Shown here: positions 17,252-26,266 of the stretch, piece by piece
How the letters are laid out: each line of letters begins with the position of its first letter
Position numbering within the stretch: the first letter of the stretch is position 1
DNA from: a virus
Lineage: Duplodnaviria > Caudoviricetes
Length of the DNA: 43,245 bases
Virus record (IMG/VR): IMGVR_UViG_3300005323_000369
Coordinates: 1 to 43,245 of that record
Strand: one strand, 5' to 3'
The notes under the pieces: generated by a model
Seen by the model: the letters and a program-made list of their open reading frames with translations, nothing else
What the model was told of the DNA's origin: nothing
Database searches by the model: none
Translations under genes and position numbers: made by a program

Positions 17252-18084
17252 GGATGCCCATAACCCAGAAGAAAGTCGGCAACATAGGCATGGACGGAGC
17301 GGCCATCAAGCAGGCCGAGATCGAGGAGCTACATCTGCCCAATGGCAGCGGAGCCATGACAAAGGTCACCGCCACGGCGGATGACATCAATAGTCTGAAT
17401 CTCACTTCGAGGAAGTTCACGGTCTATTCGGCTGGGGTCCTGGCAAAGGGCGACCTCCTGCATATCACAGGCTACAATGCCATCAATGATGTGTTCTCGG
17501 TCGAGAAGGCTGATGCAGACACCTCCGGCAAGCCCGCCCAGCTCGTGGCGTCTGAGGTCAATGCGGGATCAGCTACATCCCTGGCCTCTGATATCGAGGA
17601 GCTGACCGGCCTGAACACGAACGCCGGAAACGTGGGAGACCCCGTCTACCTGAGCGCAGTCACGGCAGGAAGCTGGACACTGATAGGGCCGACAGGTCCC
17701 GATCAACTCAAGCAGATTGTAGGAAGGATCAAGGTCAAATCCGAGACAGTCGGCAAGATCATGTTCAACATCGTCAAAGCCGAGGTCGTGGCGATCGGCT
17801 CCTCGGCCCTTCAGCCATCGTCTGTTCTGAAAACCAAGCTCGCGGGAGGCTTTAGTAAGCTGGCTGTGGCCGATGGCACTGCAACCGCCACAGATGTCAC
17901 CGTTGCTGGCATGGCCGTGGGCGACGAGCTCGTGAGTGTGCTGGCCCTGGCAACCAAAGCGGCCATCACATCGCTGGCTGATCGCACCTCCGAGTATGTG
18001 GTGGGTGCCGGCAAGCTCACGAAGAGCGCCGGGACGGATGAGACAGGTAACCAGCTCCTGATCTACTGGAATAAGCTGACCTGA
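17248..18084 (+). CDS. Putative virion decoration/head fibre protein
   Basis: Beta-rich, Ala/Gly/Thr-rich; KADA, GLNT...GDPVYLS...G motif seen in structural proteins. Confidence 0.55.
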   Translation: MRMPITQKKVGNIGMDGAAIKQAEIEELHLPNGSGAMTKVTATADDINSLNLTSRKFTVYSAGVLAKGDLLHITGYNAINDVFSVEKADADTSGKPAQLVASEVNAGSATSLASDIEELTGLNTNAGNVGDPVYLSAVTAGSWTLIGPTGPDQLKQIVGRIKVKSETVGKIMFNIVKAEVVAIGSSALQPSSVLKTKLAGGFSKLAVADGTATATDVTVAGMAVGDELVSVLALATKAAITSLADRTSEYVVGAGKLTKSAGTDETGNQLLIYWNKLT

Positions 18085-18112
18085 GCCGGTTCAAATATTT
18101 TCGTGAGGTTTC

Positions 18113-18514
18113 ATGGCAGATGATGAACCCGAATCCACTTACACCGGCGACCCGGCAGGCCGTCCCATAGATGCCGTGCGGCTGGAGCTGGGCAAGACTG
18201 TGAGCCTCAAGTATCTCACAGACTCCGAGATCTCCTACAATCTCACCCGGGCTGGCAATAATACCCTCCTGGCAGCCTCCTACTGTGCCGAGACAATCGC
18301 AGGCATGTGTGCCGATAAGGCCGACAAATCAATGGGCGGCTCAAGCGTATCCTGGAGCCAGAAGGCAGAAGCATGGAGGAAGAAGGCGCAGGCCCTCATG
18401 GACCGGGCAAAGAATCCAGTGCTAACTCCCCAGGCATCACACTCCAGGACACGAGCACCTCGCAGGTTCAGTGTCGGGCAGCATGACTTCCATGGATCGG
18501 GATACTGGCCATGA
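18113..18514 (+). CDS. Head-tail adaptor
   Basis: YTGDP...DAVRLELG...LTDSEI...AA...E pattern and position. Confidence 0.72.
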   Translation: MADDEPESTYTGDPAGRPIDAVRLELGKTVSLKYLTDSEISYNLTRAGNNTLLAASYCAETIAGMCADKADKSMGGSSVSWSQKAEAWRKKAQALMDRAKNPVLTPQASHSRTRAPRRFSVGQHDFHGSGYWP

Positions 18515-19122
18515 ACGACATCGACAGCGAGTACTTCGCCGAGTTCAAGACAGGCGTCAATAATGCATGGCATGTCGTGCAGAACACCTGGAAGATCGTG
18601 AACAGCCTGACACCGCCCACAGCCGCGGGCCCGGTGCCAGCCGTGCCCTTCCGGGTGGCTATCACGCTGGTTACCGTGCCGGCGCAGGGCACCAACCAAG
18701 CTCATGAAGATGTCGTGGGTGAGGTCTTCGTAAACTCCGAGAAGATCTCGTTCACTGAAGCTACCAGGCTCACCAATAGCACCAGCCTAACATCGCTGCC
18801 AACTATCACATGCCTGGGTCTGGACTGTCATATCCTGGTGGAGTGCATCACGGTCTCGGGCGCACCGATCTACCAGAAGACACTGGTGCCAATGGAGATT
18901 ATCTGCTTTCCCAAGACGCGCATATTCCGGGACCCCAAAGGCTCGGGAAATATGCAAACAGACTACGACATATACACCGAAGAGGCGCTGGGAATCGGAG
19001 ACTTGATCCGCTACCCGGATCCGCACCAGGGAAAGACGATTGAAATTTACGTCAAGAACGTCTCGGGTGCGGTCGACCTCGAAGATAATTCTCAGCCCTT
19101 TAGGGTTTTGAACTGCGCGTAA
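18511..19122 (+). CDS. Putative head closure/stopper-like protein
   Basis: Follows adaptor; beta-rich C-terminal half (IYTEEALGIGDLI...VKNV). Confidence 0.5.
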   Translation: MNDIDSEYFAEFKTGVNNAWHVVQNTWKIVNSLTPPTAAGPVPAVPFRVAITLVTVPAQGTNQAHEDVVGEVFVNSEKISFTEATRLTNSTSLTSLPTITCLGLDCHILVECITVSGAPIYQKTLVPMEIICFPKTRIFRDPKGSGNMQTDYDIYTEEALGIGDLIRYPDPHQGKTIEIYVKNVSGAVDLEDNSQPFRVLNCA

Positions 19123-19136
19123 GTGAATGCGCCGAA

Positions 19137-19200
19137 GCTTTTTGACTGCGTTCAAAAAGCAGATCTTAGTAATTTTTTAATAATAATAAAATTCGTGGAG
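19137..19200 (+). promoter_or_regulatory. Palindrome plus TATA-like promoter of an accessory cassette
   Basis: GCTTTTTGA-N6-TCAAAAAGC at 19137-19160, then TTTTTAATAAT and GGAGG RBS. Confidence 0.5.
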
Positions 19201-19209
19201 GTATTTTCT

Positions 19210-19515
19210 ATGGCTGAATACAATCCAAAGGGAATGACCGATCAAGAGTTCGCCGATTTTTGCGAGCTGAAGACCGAAGAGGGAGCAATACCAGCGGGTC
19301 GGATCGACTACGTGACGGGCAAAGTCATGTTCAGATCTGGAGCCGGCTATCTGCTGGGCATCCCGGACTATATCAAGAAGTATGGCTTTGACCCAGCACC
19401 TGTTTGGGACCGCATCAAGGCCTACCAGAAGAAGACCGGCAGGTTCAACGAGCCCGTTGAGATCGTTTACATCCGGCCCGCCAGGAGAACGCCGGTCAAG
19501 CTCGGGAGGTATTGA
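19210..19515 (+). CDS. Hypothetical protein (101 aa)
   Basis: ATG after GGAGGT RBS. Confidence 0.65.
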   Translation: MAEYNPKGMTDQEFADFCELKTEEGAIPAGRIDYVTGKVMFRSGAGYLLGIPDYIKKYGFDPAPVWDRIKAYQKKTGRFNEPVEIVYIRPARRTPVKLGRY

Positions 19516-19781
19516 GCATGGCAGAGGACGCGCCTGCTCAGGATATCGCCTCCACCTGGGATAAGCTGGAGAACTGGAAGCGATGGCTCCTGGCCGCAGA
19601 ACTCATCACGGGCACAGTCCTCCTCGCCCTCGCAGTGTGCCTTTTTGCCATACTGCTTGTCTGGCAGGGTAAGGCCGAGCTCGGAATAGATCTTTTCAAG
19701 TACGTCCTGACTGCCATGATCGGGCTGATCGGGGCCGTGGTGGGCTACTACTTCGGCAGCCACCAGGTGGAATCAACATGA
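19512..19781 (+). CDS. Two-TM membrane protein (holin-like topology)
   Basis: Two hydrophobic segments ending GAVVGYYFGS. Confidence 0.65.
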   Translation: MSMAEDAPAQDIASTWDKLENWKRWLLAAELITGTVLLALAVCLFAILLVWQGKAELGIDLFKYVLTAMIGLIGAVVGYYFGSHQVEST

Positions 19782-19840
19782 GCATTCTTTCAATTCCCCT
19801 GGCATTGCTGCTCCTCTATTTCCTGGTCCTGGTAGTGTGA
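19778..19840 (+). CDS. Possible 20-aa hydrophobic peptide
   Basis: MSILSIPLALLLLYFLVLVV, ATGA-coupled, AGGTGG RBS. Confidence 0.3.
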   Translation: MSILSIPLALLLLYFLVLVV

Positions 19841-19874
19841 CCGCTGAACGGATTTTTTGGCTCTGGTGATTCTT

Positions 19875-20618
19875 TTGGACAACGAAGATTACATTTGCAT
19901 CAAACGAATGACTGTGGCCCTGCTAATCACTTTCTCTCTGGTGTCCGGGTTTCTGGTCGTTCTTGGAGTGATGGGCTACGCCAATACACTCGAAGAATCA
20001 GTCTTCGGGGCCGGGACATTCAGTGCCAGGCATGACACGGATCATGCTACAGATCAGGCGAGCGTGGTGAATGCCACCGGAATTGCCTATGAGCTTGAAA
20101 GGCACTGGGGCGTCCCGGGCGAATATGACACGTTCTCTTCCAGTTTCATTGTGAATGGGGCCGATCCCTCTGGAAGATGGAAGAATAAATATGTCATCAG
20201 AGCTTCAGGCGCAGGCCACAAGGTCGTACTGCAGGCCACGAAGATTAGCGGCGACGCCTCTTTCGCAAGCGATATCACATTCATTCTGAAGGAGAGCGGT
20301 GAGCAGGACCTGGACAGCTCGATCTCGTTCGATACAAGAGATGGAAATGCCACGATCACGGGCAACGTCTGGAACTCCACATCTGGCAGACCGGCCACGA
20401 TGGAAGAGCTTGCAGTGGTTGGACAGTTCGCCCTTACTCATCACCTGAATATATCGCTGGAGGAAATCACTCCCGACAATTGGCTGGGCTTTTGTTTCGA
20501 GCTAGACAGAGATATGATCCTGGACAAGACCATCAAGACCGGCGTCTACATTGCACCTGCTGGATACGAGCTGGACGAGAGTGACCGACTTGTGCCGAAA
20601 GTCAACAGCACGGTTTAG
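19875..20618 (+). CDS. Secreted or membrane-anchored beta-rich protein
   Basis: GGTGA RBS then TTG; N-terminal KR plus hydrophobic segment; Ser/Thr/Asp-rich ectodomain with NxT/S sequons. Confidence 0.7.
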   Translation: MDNEDYICIKRMTVALLITFSLVSGFLVVLGVMGYANTLEESVFGAGTFSARHDTDHATDQASVVNATGIAYELERHWGVPGEYDTFSSSFIVNGADPSGRWKNKYVIRASGAGHKVVLQATKISGDASFASDITFILKESGEQDLDSSISFDTRDGNATITGNVWNSTSGRPATMEELAVVGQFALTHHLNISLEEITPDNWLGFCFELDRDMILDKTIKTGVYIAPAGYELDESDRLVPKVNSTV

Positions 20619-20658
20619 GCCATGCTCCTGGAATTCTAGATAAAAATTTTGGAGTATC

Positions 20659-21867
20659 ATGACCGATGTCGATTTCCTTGAGCCGCAGGCAGAGGAGCAG
20701 ATCCTGGCCACTCACATCATCGTAAATACCAGAGCCACTGGCGAGACTGGCGTGGTGAACGGCAACCGCATCACTCCCACCTCGCCGGCAAGCATGAACA
20801 TCACTGTTGCAGCTGGCAGGATAAAGATCTCCAACACCGCGATAGACGTTGATGTGGAAACAAAGGCTCTGGGAGCCTCAAACGCTACCCTCGGGCGAAT
20901 GGATATTATCATCCGCAATGCGTCCGGCGCTGTTCAGGTAGTGGCAGGCAGCCTGGCAGAAGTCAACGACCCCAAGGGCCTGGGAAACTGGCACCAGTAC
21001 AACTCCCCGGCACCTGCTGGCAATATACCAGCCGGCGTTATCCTGGGGGCCGTCTTCATAGCACCCGGAGCGACTGCCATCTCCGAAGGAGATATCTGGA
21101 TGTTCGCCGGGCCGGTGGGCGAGGCTGCACATACCCAGGGCACTGATCAGGGCCTGGACACCGGAGGACCCAATGCCGTCACGGCTGCCCAGGCAAGAGA
21201 TGCAGCCTCGAAGGCCCATGTCCAGGGTACCGATGCGGGGGTGGGTACAGGCGGAGCTTACGCCACGACATCCGTCGAGCTGAAGGATGCAGTCACAAAG
21301 AGGCACGCCAACAACCTCGACCATTCTCATGCGAATAAGAATCTCCTGGATACTCTCAGCCAGACTGAAACAGACCTTGCGGATGCCGTTTCAAAGAAGC
21401 ACGCTGCAAACAATGATGATTATCTCGATTATGGCGGAGAGAATCAAGTATCCGCAGCGGACGCTGCCAGCGCGGTAACGCTAAAACACTCCCATGCAAA
21501 CAAAACGGGCTTGGACAAGCTCACCTCTTATAGGCTGGAGTTCTGCCTCTACGGAACTCCGGCAGTCCTAACGGCGAGCCAGACTTACCCCGGCATCGAG
21601 GTCCCGATAGCAGGGACCATAACAGAAGTGCGGGCGATATCAAACGATAACACATCCGGCTCAATTTCCGTGGCGCTCAAGAAAGGCACTTATGCAAATG
21701 CACCTGCCACGCTGTCCACTATCCTGACGGCTGCAATCTCCTCATCCACGAAGAGCGAGGTCACAGGCCAATCAATAGCTGTGGCTGCAGGAGATTGGAT
21801 CATCCCGTACATCAATAGCGTCACGTCCCTGAAGAACGTGACCATAAGCCTGAAAGTGGAGATTTAG
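20659..21867 (+). CDS. Fibre protein 1 with His-containing repeats and conserved C-terminal tip domain
   Basis: N-terminal MNITVAAG...R.D anchor; H.QGTD.G..TGG and KHSHANK repeats; C-terminus paralogous to 38164-38934. Confidence 0.72.
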   Translation: MTDVDFLEPQAEEQILATHIIVNTRATGETGVVNGNRITPTSPASMNITVAAGRIKISNTAIDVDVETKALGASNATLGRMDIIIRNASGAVQVVAGSLAEVNDPKGLGNWHQYNSPAPAGNIPAGVILGAVFIAPGATAISEGDIWMFAGPVGEAAHTQGTDQGLDTGGPNAVTAAQARDAASKAHVQGTDAGVGTGGAYATTSVELKDAVTKRHANNLDHSHANKNLLDTLSQTETDLADAVSKKHAANNDDYLDYGGENQVSAADAASAVTLKHSHANKTGLDKLTSYRLEFCLYGTPAVLTASQTYPGIEVPIAGTITEVRAISNDNTSGSISVALKKGTYANAPATLSTILTAAISSSTKSEVTGQSIAVAAGDWIIPYINSVTSLKNVTISLKVEI

Positions 21868-21887
21868 GAGATTAATGGGAGCGGCAC

Positions 21888-23063
21888 ATGCAGTATTCTG
21901 ACGATTTTTTAACAGGCGGTTCAGCATCAGGATATCCTGATAATATGGGATCTCCTTCCAATGCATTCGATAACAACGAAAGCTCCTATTGGGGGAGTGC
22001 ATCTGGAGGAAGACCAACTAGCTGCTGGCTGAAATACGATTTGGGTTCCGGGGTCACAAAAAAGGCGAGGAAACTCTGTCTCAAGGCCGCACAAGTATCG
22101 GGCTCATATTATGGCATCCAGGGATTTGCGTTGTATGGCTCGAATAATGATAATGATTGGACGCTCCTGACCAGTGGTGAGCAGCCAAACGACGGCACAT
22201 GGCGAGAGTACACGTTTCTAAATGCCGTGAATTACAGATATTATAAATTCGTATTCAATGGGTCCTGGTATTCTGCTGATTATACTCTTGTAGCCGAGAT
22301 CGAGCTACGTGAGATTGTGGTCGCTCCAGGCGGCGATATTCTTACGGGAGGTACTGCATCCTGCTGTTCCGGCGCAAATGATCCAGAAACAGCATGTGAC
22401 AATAATGAGAGCAATTATTGGTACTCGGTTATCTCGACACCTGGATCCTGGTGGGCTTACGACACCACGGACTCAAAAAAGGTCCGAAAACTCCGTATGA
22501 AAGCCGTCAACATCGGCTACGGAGCATGTGGAATAAAGGATTGGGTGTTGTACGGCTCGAACGATAGCAGCAACTGGACTCAGATCTCTTCCGGCACTCA
22601 GCAGAATAACGAGAGCTGGCAGGAATATACATTCGATAACTGGAACTCCTATCGCTACTACAAACTGGCGTTCCCGGGCGGCTCATATTACTCGACTGAC
22701 CGAGTTTATATCTACGAAATCGAGATGTACGAGGTGGCGCTGTCACCCGGTACTCCGTCAACCCCATCTGGGCCTTCCGCCGGCGCGCCTGGCAGTTCCT
22801 ACAACTTCTCGACCAGCTCTACCGATCCGGACGGGTTGCAGGTGAAACTGCAGATTTCCTGGGGCGACGGGAACCAGAGCGAGTCAGGTTATGTCAATTC
22901 CGGGCAATCAGTGAGCCTATCCCATGCATACACTACTCCCGGTACATACACTGTAAAGGCGATAGCAGAAAATACGGTGCCCCTGCAATCCGGGTGGTCG
23001 AGCACAGCAACAATCGTGATTGCCGCCCCTGGAAGTTACGCCAGGGTAATGGGCCTGTGGTGA
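21888..23063 (+). CDS. Adhesin 1: two discoidin (F5/8C)-like domains plus PKD-like domain
   Basis: Twice (A.DNN...YW...YD...YGSND...WT...YRYYK...EIE); P.TPSGP...ISWGDG...SHAY..PG.Y. Confidence 0.82.
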   Translation: MQYSDDFLTGGSASGYPDNMGSPSNAFDNNESSYWGSASGGRPTSCWLKYDLGSGVTKKARKLCLKAAQVSGSYYGIQGFALYGSNNDNDWTLLTSGEQPNDGTWREYTFLNAVNYRYYKFVFNGSWYSADYTLVAEIELREIVVAPGGDILTGGTASCCSGANDPETACDNNESNYWYSVISTPGSWWAYDTTDSKKVRKLRMKAVNIGYGACGIKDWVLYGSNDSSNWTQISSGTQQNNESWQEYTFDNWNSYRYYKLAFPGGSYYSTDRVYIYEIEMYEVALSPGTPSTPSGPSAGAPGSSYNFSTSSTDPDGLQVKLQISWGDGNQSESGYVNSGQSVSLSHAYTTPGTYTVKAIAENTVPLQSGWSSTATIVIAAPGSYARVMGLW

Positions 23064-23067
23064 TCTT

Positions 23068-23550
23068 TTGCCAATCGACCTCAAAGGACCGCATGAGCGA
23101 GCTCTGCAAAAACTCGAAAATGCCATTATCGCTAAAGTCAGCTCGAACGTTCCGCCACCCAATGCACAATCAACAATCGATCGGAAAGGGTCCTCCAAAA
23201 CATTGAACGATACCGGTGAAATGCTCGGCCACATAACGCACCGGCAGACCGAGGTGGAAGGTGCGTTGCATGGCGAGGTCGGCATTTTTGACGAAAATGT
23301 GGCCAAGCGCGCAAAAGCCAATGAATATGGCGTCCCATGGGAGAACCGGCCTGGAAAAGGAAGACGCAAAAGAGAGGAATACTATGGAGTGGAACCCACC
23401 GAAACCTCTAGCATAGCAGAAAACAGGGCATGGTTCATCCCGCCCAGGCCCTTCATGCGACCTGCAATCGATGAAACTGCAGATAAGGCACGGGAAGAGA
23501 TGGTCTCTGAGATTTTTGATCAGATATCCAAAGAATTCAGGAGGCTCTGA
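23068..23550 (+). CDS. Neck/tail-completion protein (HK97 gp10 / phage virion morphogenesis-like)
   Basis: PPNAQSTI.RKGS..L.DTG, ANEYG, IPPRPFMRPA. Confidence 0.75.
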   Translation: MPIDLKGPHERALQKLENAIIAKVSSNVPPPNAQSTIDRKGSSKTLNDTGEMLGHITHRQTEVEGALHGEVGIFDENVAKRAKANEYGVPWENRPGKGRRKREEYYGVEPTETSSIAENRAWFIPPRPFMRPAIDETADKAREEMVSEIFDQISKEFRRL

Positions 23551-23552
23551 AT

Positions 23553-23738
23553 CTGACAACTGAATCCAAAGAATGCAAACATCCTTTTGCCAGCCTCGAT
23601 CCGAGACATTTCCTGATGGCCCGCTGCCCAAGTTGTGGTGCTGTGGGCCGCATGAATTGCTTCGCTTCGAAGGACAAAGCGGCGGATTGCACATGGTTCG
23701 CCACGCCCTCACGAATTGAGAATAAACGAAGGCGTTGA
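23553..23738 (+). CDS. Small Zn-finger-like protein (start CTG 23553 or ATG 23616)
   Basis: CKH...RCPSCG...C...C; GGAGG about 8 nt before the CTG. Confidence 0.4.
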   Translation: MTTESKECKHPFASLDPRHFLMARCPSCGAVGRMNCFASKDKAADCTWFATPSRIENKRRR

Positions 23739-23741
23739 CTG

Positions 23742-23909
23742 ATGCAATCCTGCTACATCTACATGTGTGACGCGGCCCTCGAAAAATGCAGGCGCGGCGG
23801 ATATCGGATAGACCTCATCATTGCCCAGGCCAAGAGTGCTGCGCCAAAGAATCCACCGAAGACCTGGAGTGCCCAGTTCGTCGAGCCCGACAAGCGCATC
23901 GCGTTTTAG
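23742..23909 (+). CDS. 55-aa protein with 14-residue Y-x-x-D repeats
   Basis: MQSCYIYMCDAALEKCRRGGYRIDLIIAQ...; motif shared with genes at 25181 and 26263. Confidence 0.5.
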   Translation: MQSCYIYMCDAALEKCRRGGYRIDLIIAQAKSAAPKNPPKTWSAQFVEPDKRIAF

Positions 23910-23953
23910 ATTTCGATTTTCGACCAAAAGTTAAGCTTTCTAAAGGAGTTATT

Positions 23954-24559
23954 ATGGCAGAAGTTGCAACAATAGTGGAACTGAACGGCCCAACGGGTGT
24001 TAAGACATCCCTTGCCAACAAAGTGGCGCGGTTCTGCAATGAAGATAGTGCAGAGCCCCAACTGAACAATCCCTGCAAGATTCCTCCGAGCCTGTTCTCA
24101 TACAGCTTCAGGAAGACACACAGCCTGCGCATTACGGGAGACTTCCGTCAGGTCTCGGACATCTACGTCTATGGAGATGGCACTTTTGCGGCTGACTGGG
24201 GCCTGGATGCCGCCAACGGCGGCGCTCTTAGGATCGGCCACCGGGACACGGGAGACAACGGCCTGCCCATAGATGTCGCGCTGCATGGCACAAACGAGTA
24301 TGCACAGGCTACAGGAGATTCGACATCGGGACACGCTATTGACGATCCGGTAAACGGTCATCCATACTACATGAGCCAGTCGACGCCCGTCCTGAACTTT
24401 GATAGCTGCCTGGCCGGAGCGCCCTGCAAGATCGACAGCGGACCATACACAGAAGACTTCTACTCGAAGGCCTGGGTGCTGGACCTCAAGATCCCGCCGT
24501 CTGCAATCTACGGTGCCAAATCCCCGAAGAGCATCACGGCCATCTACAATATCTTCTGA
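23954..24559 (+). CDS. Putative virion structural protein
   Basis: AAGGAG RBS; 201-aa beta-rich protein in the tail module. Confidence 0.65.
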   Translation: MAEVATIVELNGPTGVKTSLANKVARFCNEDSAEPQLNNPCKIPPSLFSYSFRKTHSLRITGDFRQVSDIYVYGDGTFAADWGLDAANGGALRIGHRDTGDNGLPIDVALHGTNEYAQATGDSTSGHAIDDPVNGHPYYMSQSTPVLNFDSCLAGAPCKIDSGPYTEDFYSKAWVLDLKIPPSAIYGAKSPKSITAIYNIF

Positions 24560-24565
24560 AGTTCT

Positions 24566-25168
24566 ATGGCTCGTCCTACCTTCCGCCGCTTCTGGGTGGA
24601 GATACACCCGGACGGCTCGGCCTCTCCCCAGTTCGATCCCTTCACGGGCAAGAGCCACGAGACCTCGGATGCCGGGCAGCCGGTGGCGCAGGTTCTTTTC
24701 TACCCCATCTCGCCCGGCCTGGCCGAGAAGATCCGGGCACAGGGCGACGTGGCCGAGCCCTCCGAGCTGCCGGTGCTGTCCTTTGAAGCTCCGCCCTGCC
24801 AGCCCATTGATCTTGAAAAGAGGCCGCTGCCGGATTTCTACCGGACCGGCACACTGCGCTACTACATGAGGCGCATCTGCGGCTTCTGTGAGGCGGAGTT
24901 CGGGACGGATGTCGAGGTTTGCCCTCGCTGCCTAGCTAAAAACCAGTGGTACTGCGGGACATGTGATTCTCTAATTGCTGAGCCCATCGTGGATCGAGAA
25001 CGGGATCAGGTGCGCTGCCCAATCTGCGAGAAGACGGAGCCGCGCGGCCTGAAGATGATTCGCTGCATCGGGGACTTCAACGAAGAGAAACTCTATACTC
25101 ACTACGTTCTGGAGATCGATGGCCATCGACACCTCATACTGGACTACAAGATCAAGTGCAAGCAATAG
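24566..25168 (+). CDS. Double zinc-ribbon protein
   Basis: CGFC, CPRC, CGTC and CPIC pairs. Confidence 0.7.
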   Translation: MARPTFRRFWVEIHPDGSASPQFDPFTGKSHETSDAGQPVAQVLFYPISPGLAEKIRAQGDVAEPSELPVLSFEAPPCQPIDLEKRPLPDFYRTGTLRYYMRRICGFCEAEFGTDVEVCPRCLAKNQWYCGTCDSLIAEPIVDRERDQVRCPICEKTEPRGLKMIRCIGDFNEEKLYTHYVLEIDGHRHLILDYKIKCKQ

Positions 25169-25180
25169 GGGCACACAGGC

Positions 25181-26266
25181 ATGATTTTTGATGAGGGCAT
25201 ATTCGATGAGAGCCTCTTCGAAGATGGCATCCCCATCTATACACTGGATGTCATCCTGCAGGAGATCGGCAAGCCCGCTACCTACCAGGCCGATGTCCTG
25301 TTGGGGGAAACCAAGTCCAAAACCTACAACATCGCCACGCTCATCAATGCCTATCCGAGCGCTACATATTCCCTAGATGCTCTGTTGGTGATGGACCCTG
25401 GAGACGCCCGATTCCAGGAGAGCATAATCAATGCCATGATCTGGTCCTATGGCAGGGCGATCGAGGAGCTTTCGGAGAGTATTGCCACCATGGGCCTGAG
25501 GCTCACACTGCCGAATGCAGTTCCCGAGGACCTGGACCTCTACTGGTCCAAGATCCTGGGCCTGAAGAGACGCTATCGAGAATCCGATTCGGACTTCAGG
25601 GCGAGGCTCACCACTCGCCTGGCCATCATGAAGTCGAGTGGCACGGCCCCAGAGTGCCAGGCCATTATAGACCACATCCTGGGTCTGGACGGGGCCTCTC
25701 GCCTGGAGCCCTACTGGCCCATGGACTTAAGGGTCTGCTGGACTTCTCCGGCAGCCATGAGGCTGGCCAAGGCCAATTATCCTGCTCTAAAGGAGGCCAT
25801 CGACGACATGGTTGCCGGGGGCGTGACCTGGACCACCACCTTCCCGTTCCTCGATTATGAGATTGATGTGAATCTCTCGGGGCCTCACGAGAGGTCCTAC
25901 CAGGTTGATCTGGGGCTGTCCGGCAGGAAATCTGCAGCCTACCTCTTGAGGACGGATCTCTTCGACCAGCGCTCAGCGGCAGACGACCTGGATGCACTCA
26001 TGGAGACCACGCACAGCCTGCTGGAACGCCTGGATGTGCACCTCTTGGCCCGGAAGGCCAGGAATTTGCAGATAGATGCTCTGGTCGAGGGCGAGGAGTC
26101 TGAGGACTATCAGGCAGATGCCATCCTGCAGAAGCGGCCCGCAAAGAACTACACCATCGACCTGGTCTCCATGAAGAAAGGCAAGAACTACTACAGGATC
26201 GATATGCTCTCCCTCGCTGCTCGGCGTGGCTTTTATCAGGTGTCCACGGAGCTGGTGGCCGCATGA
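25181..26266 (+). CDS. Baseplate wedge-like protein (P2 gpI / DUF2313-like) with 14-aa repeats
   Basis: LDLYW..ILGLKR...ESDSDFRARL...SSGT motif; repeats at both ends. Confidence 0.65.
   Translation: MIFDEGIFDESLFEDGIPIYTLDVILQEIGKPATYQADVLLGETKSKTYNIATLINAYPSATYSLDALLVMDPGDARFQESIINAMIWSYGRAIEELSESIATMGLRLTLPNAVPEDLDLYWSKILGLKRRYRESDSDFRARLTTRLAIMKSSGTAPECQAIIDHILGLDGASRLEPYWPMDLRVCWTSPAAMRLAKANYPALKEAIDDMVAGGVTWTTTFPFLDYEIDVNLSGPHERSYQVDLGLSGRKSAAYLLRTDLFDQRSAADDLDALMETTHSLLERLDVHLLARKARNLQIDALVEGEESEDYQADAILQKRPAKNYTIDLVSMKKGKNYYRIDMLSLAARRGFYQVSTELVAA

Noticed and set aside
23786-23953. N-terminal extension of the 23786-24559 ORF
   Set aside because: A strong RBS precedes ATG 23954, and the upstream region is better explained by the 23742-23909 ORF in another frame
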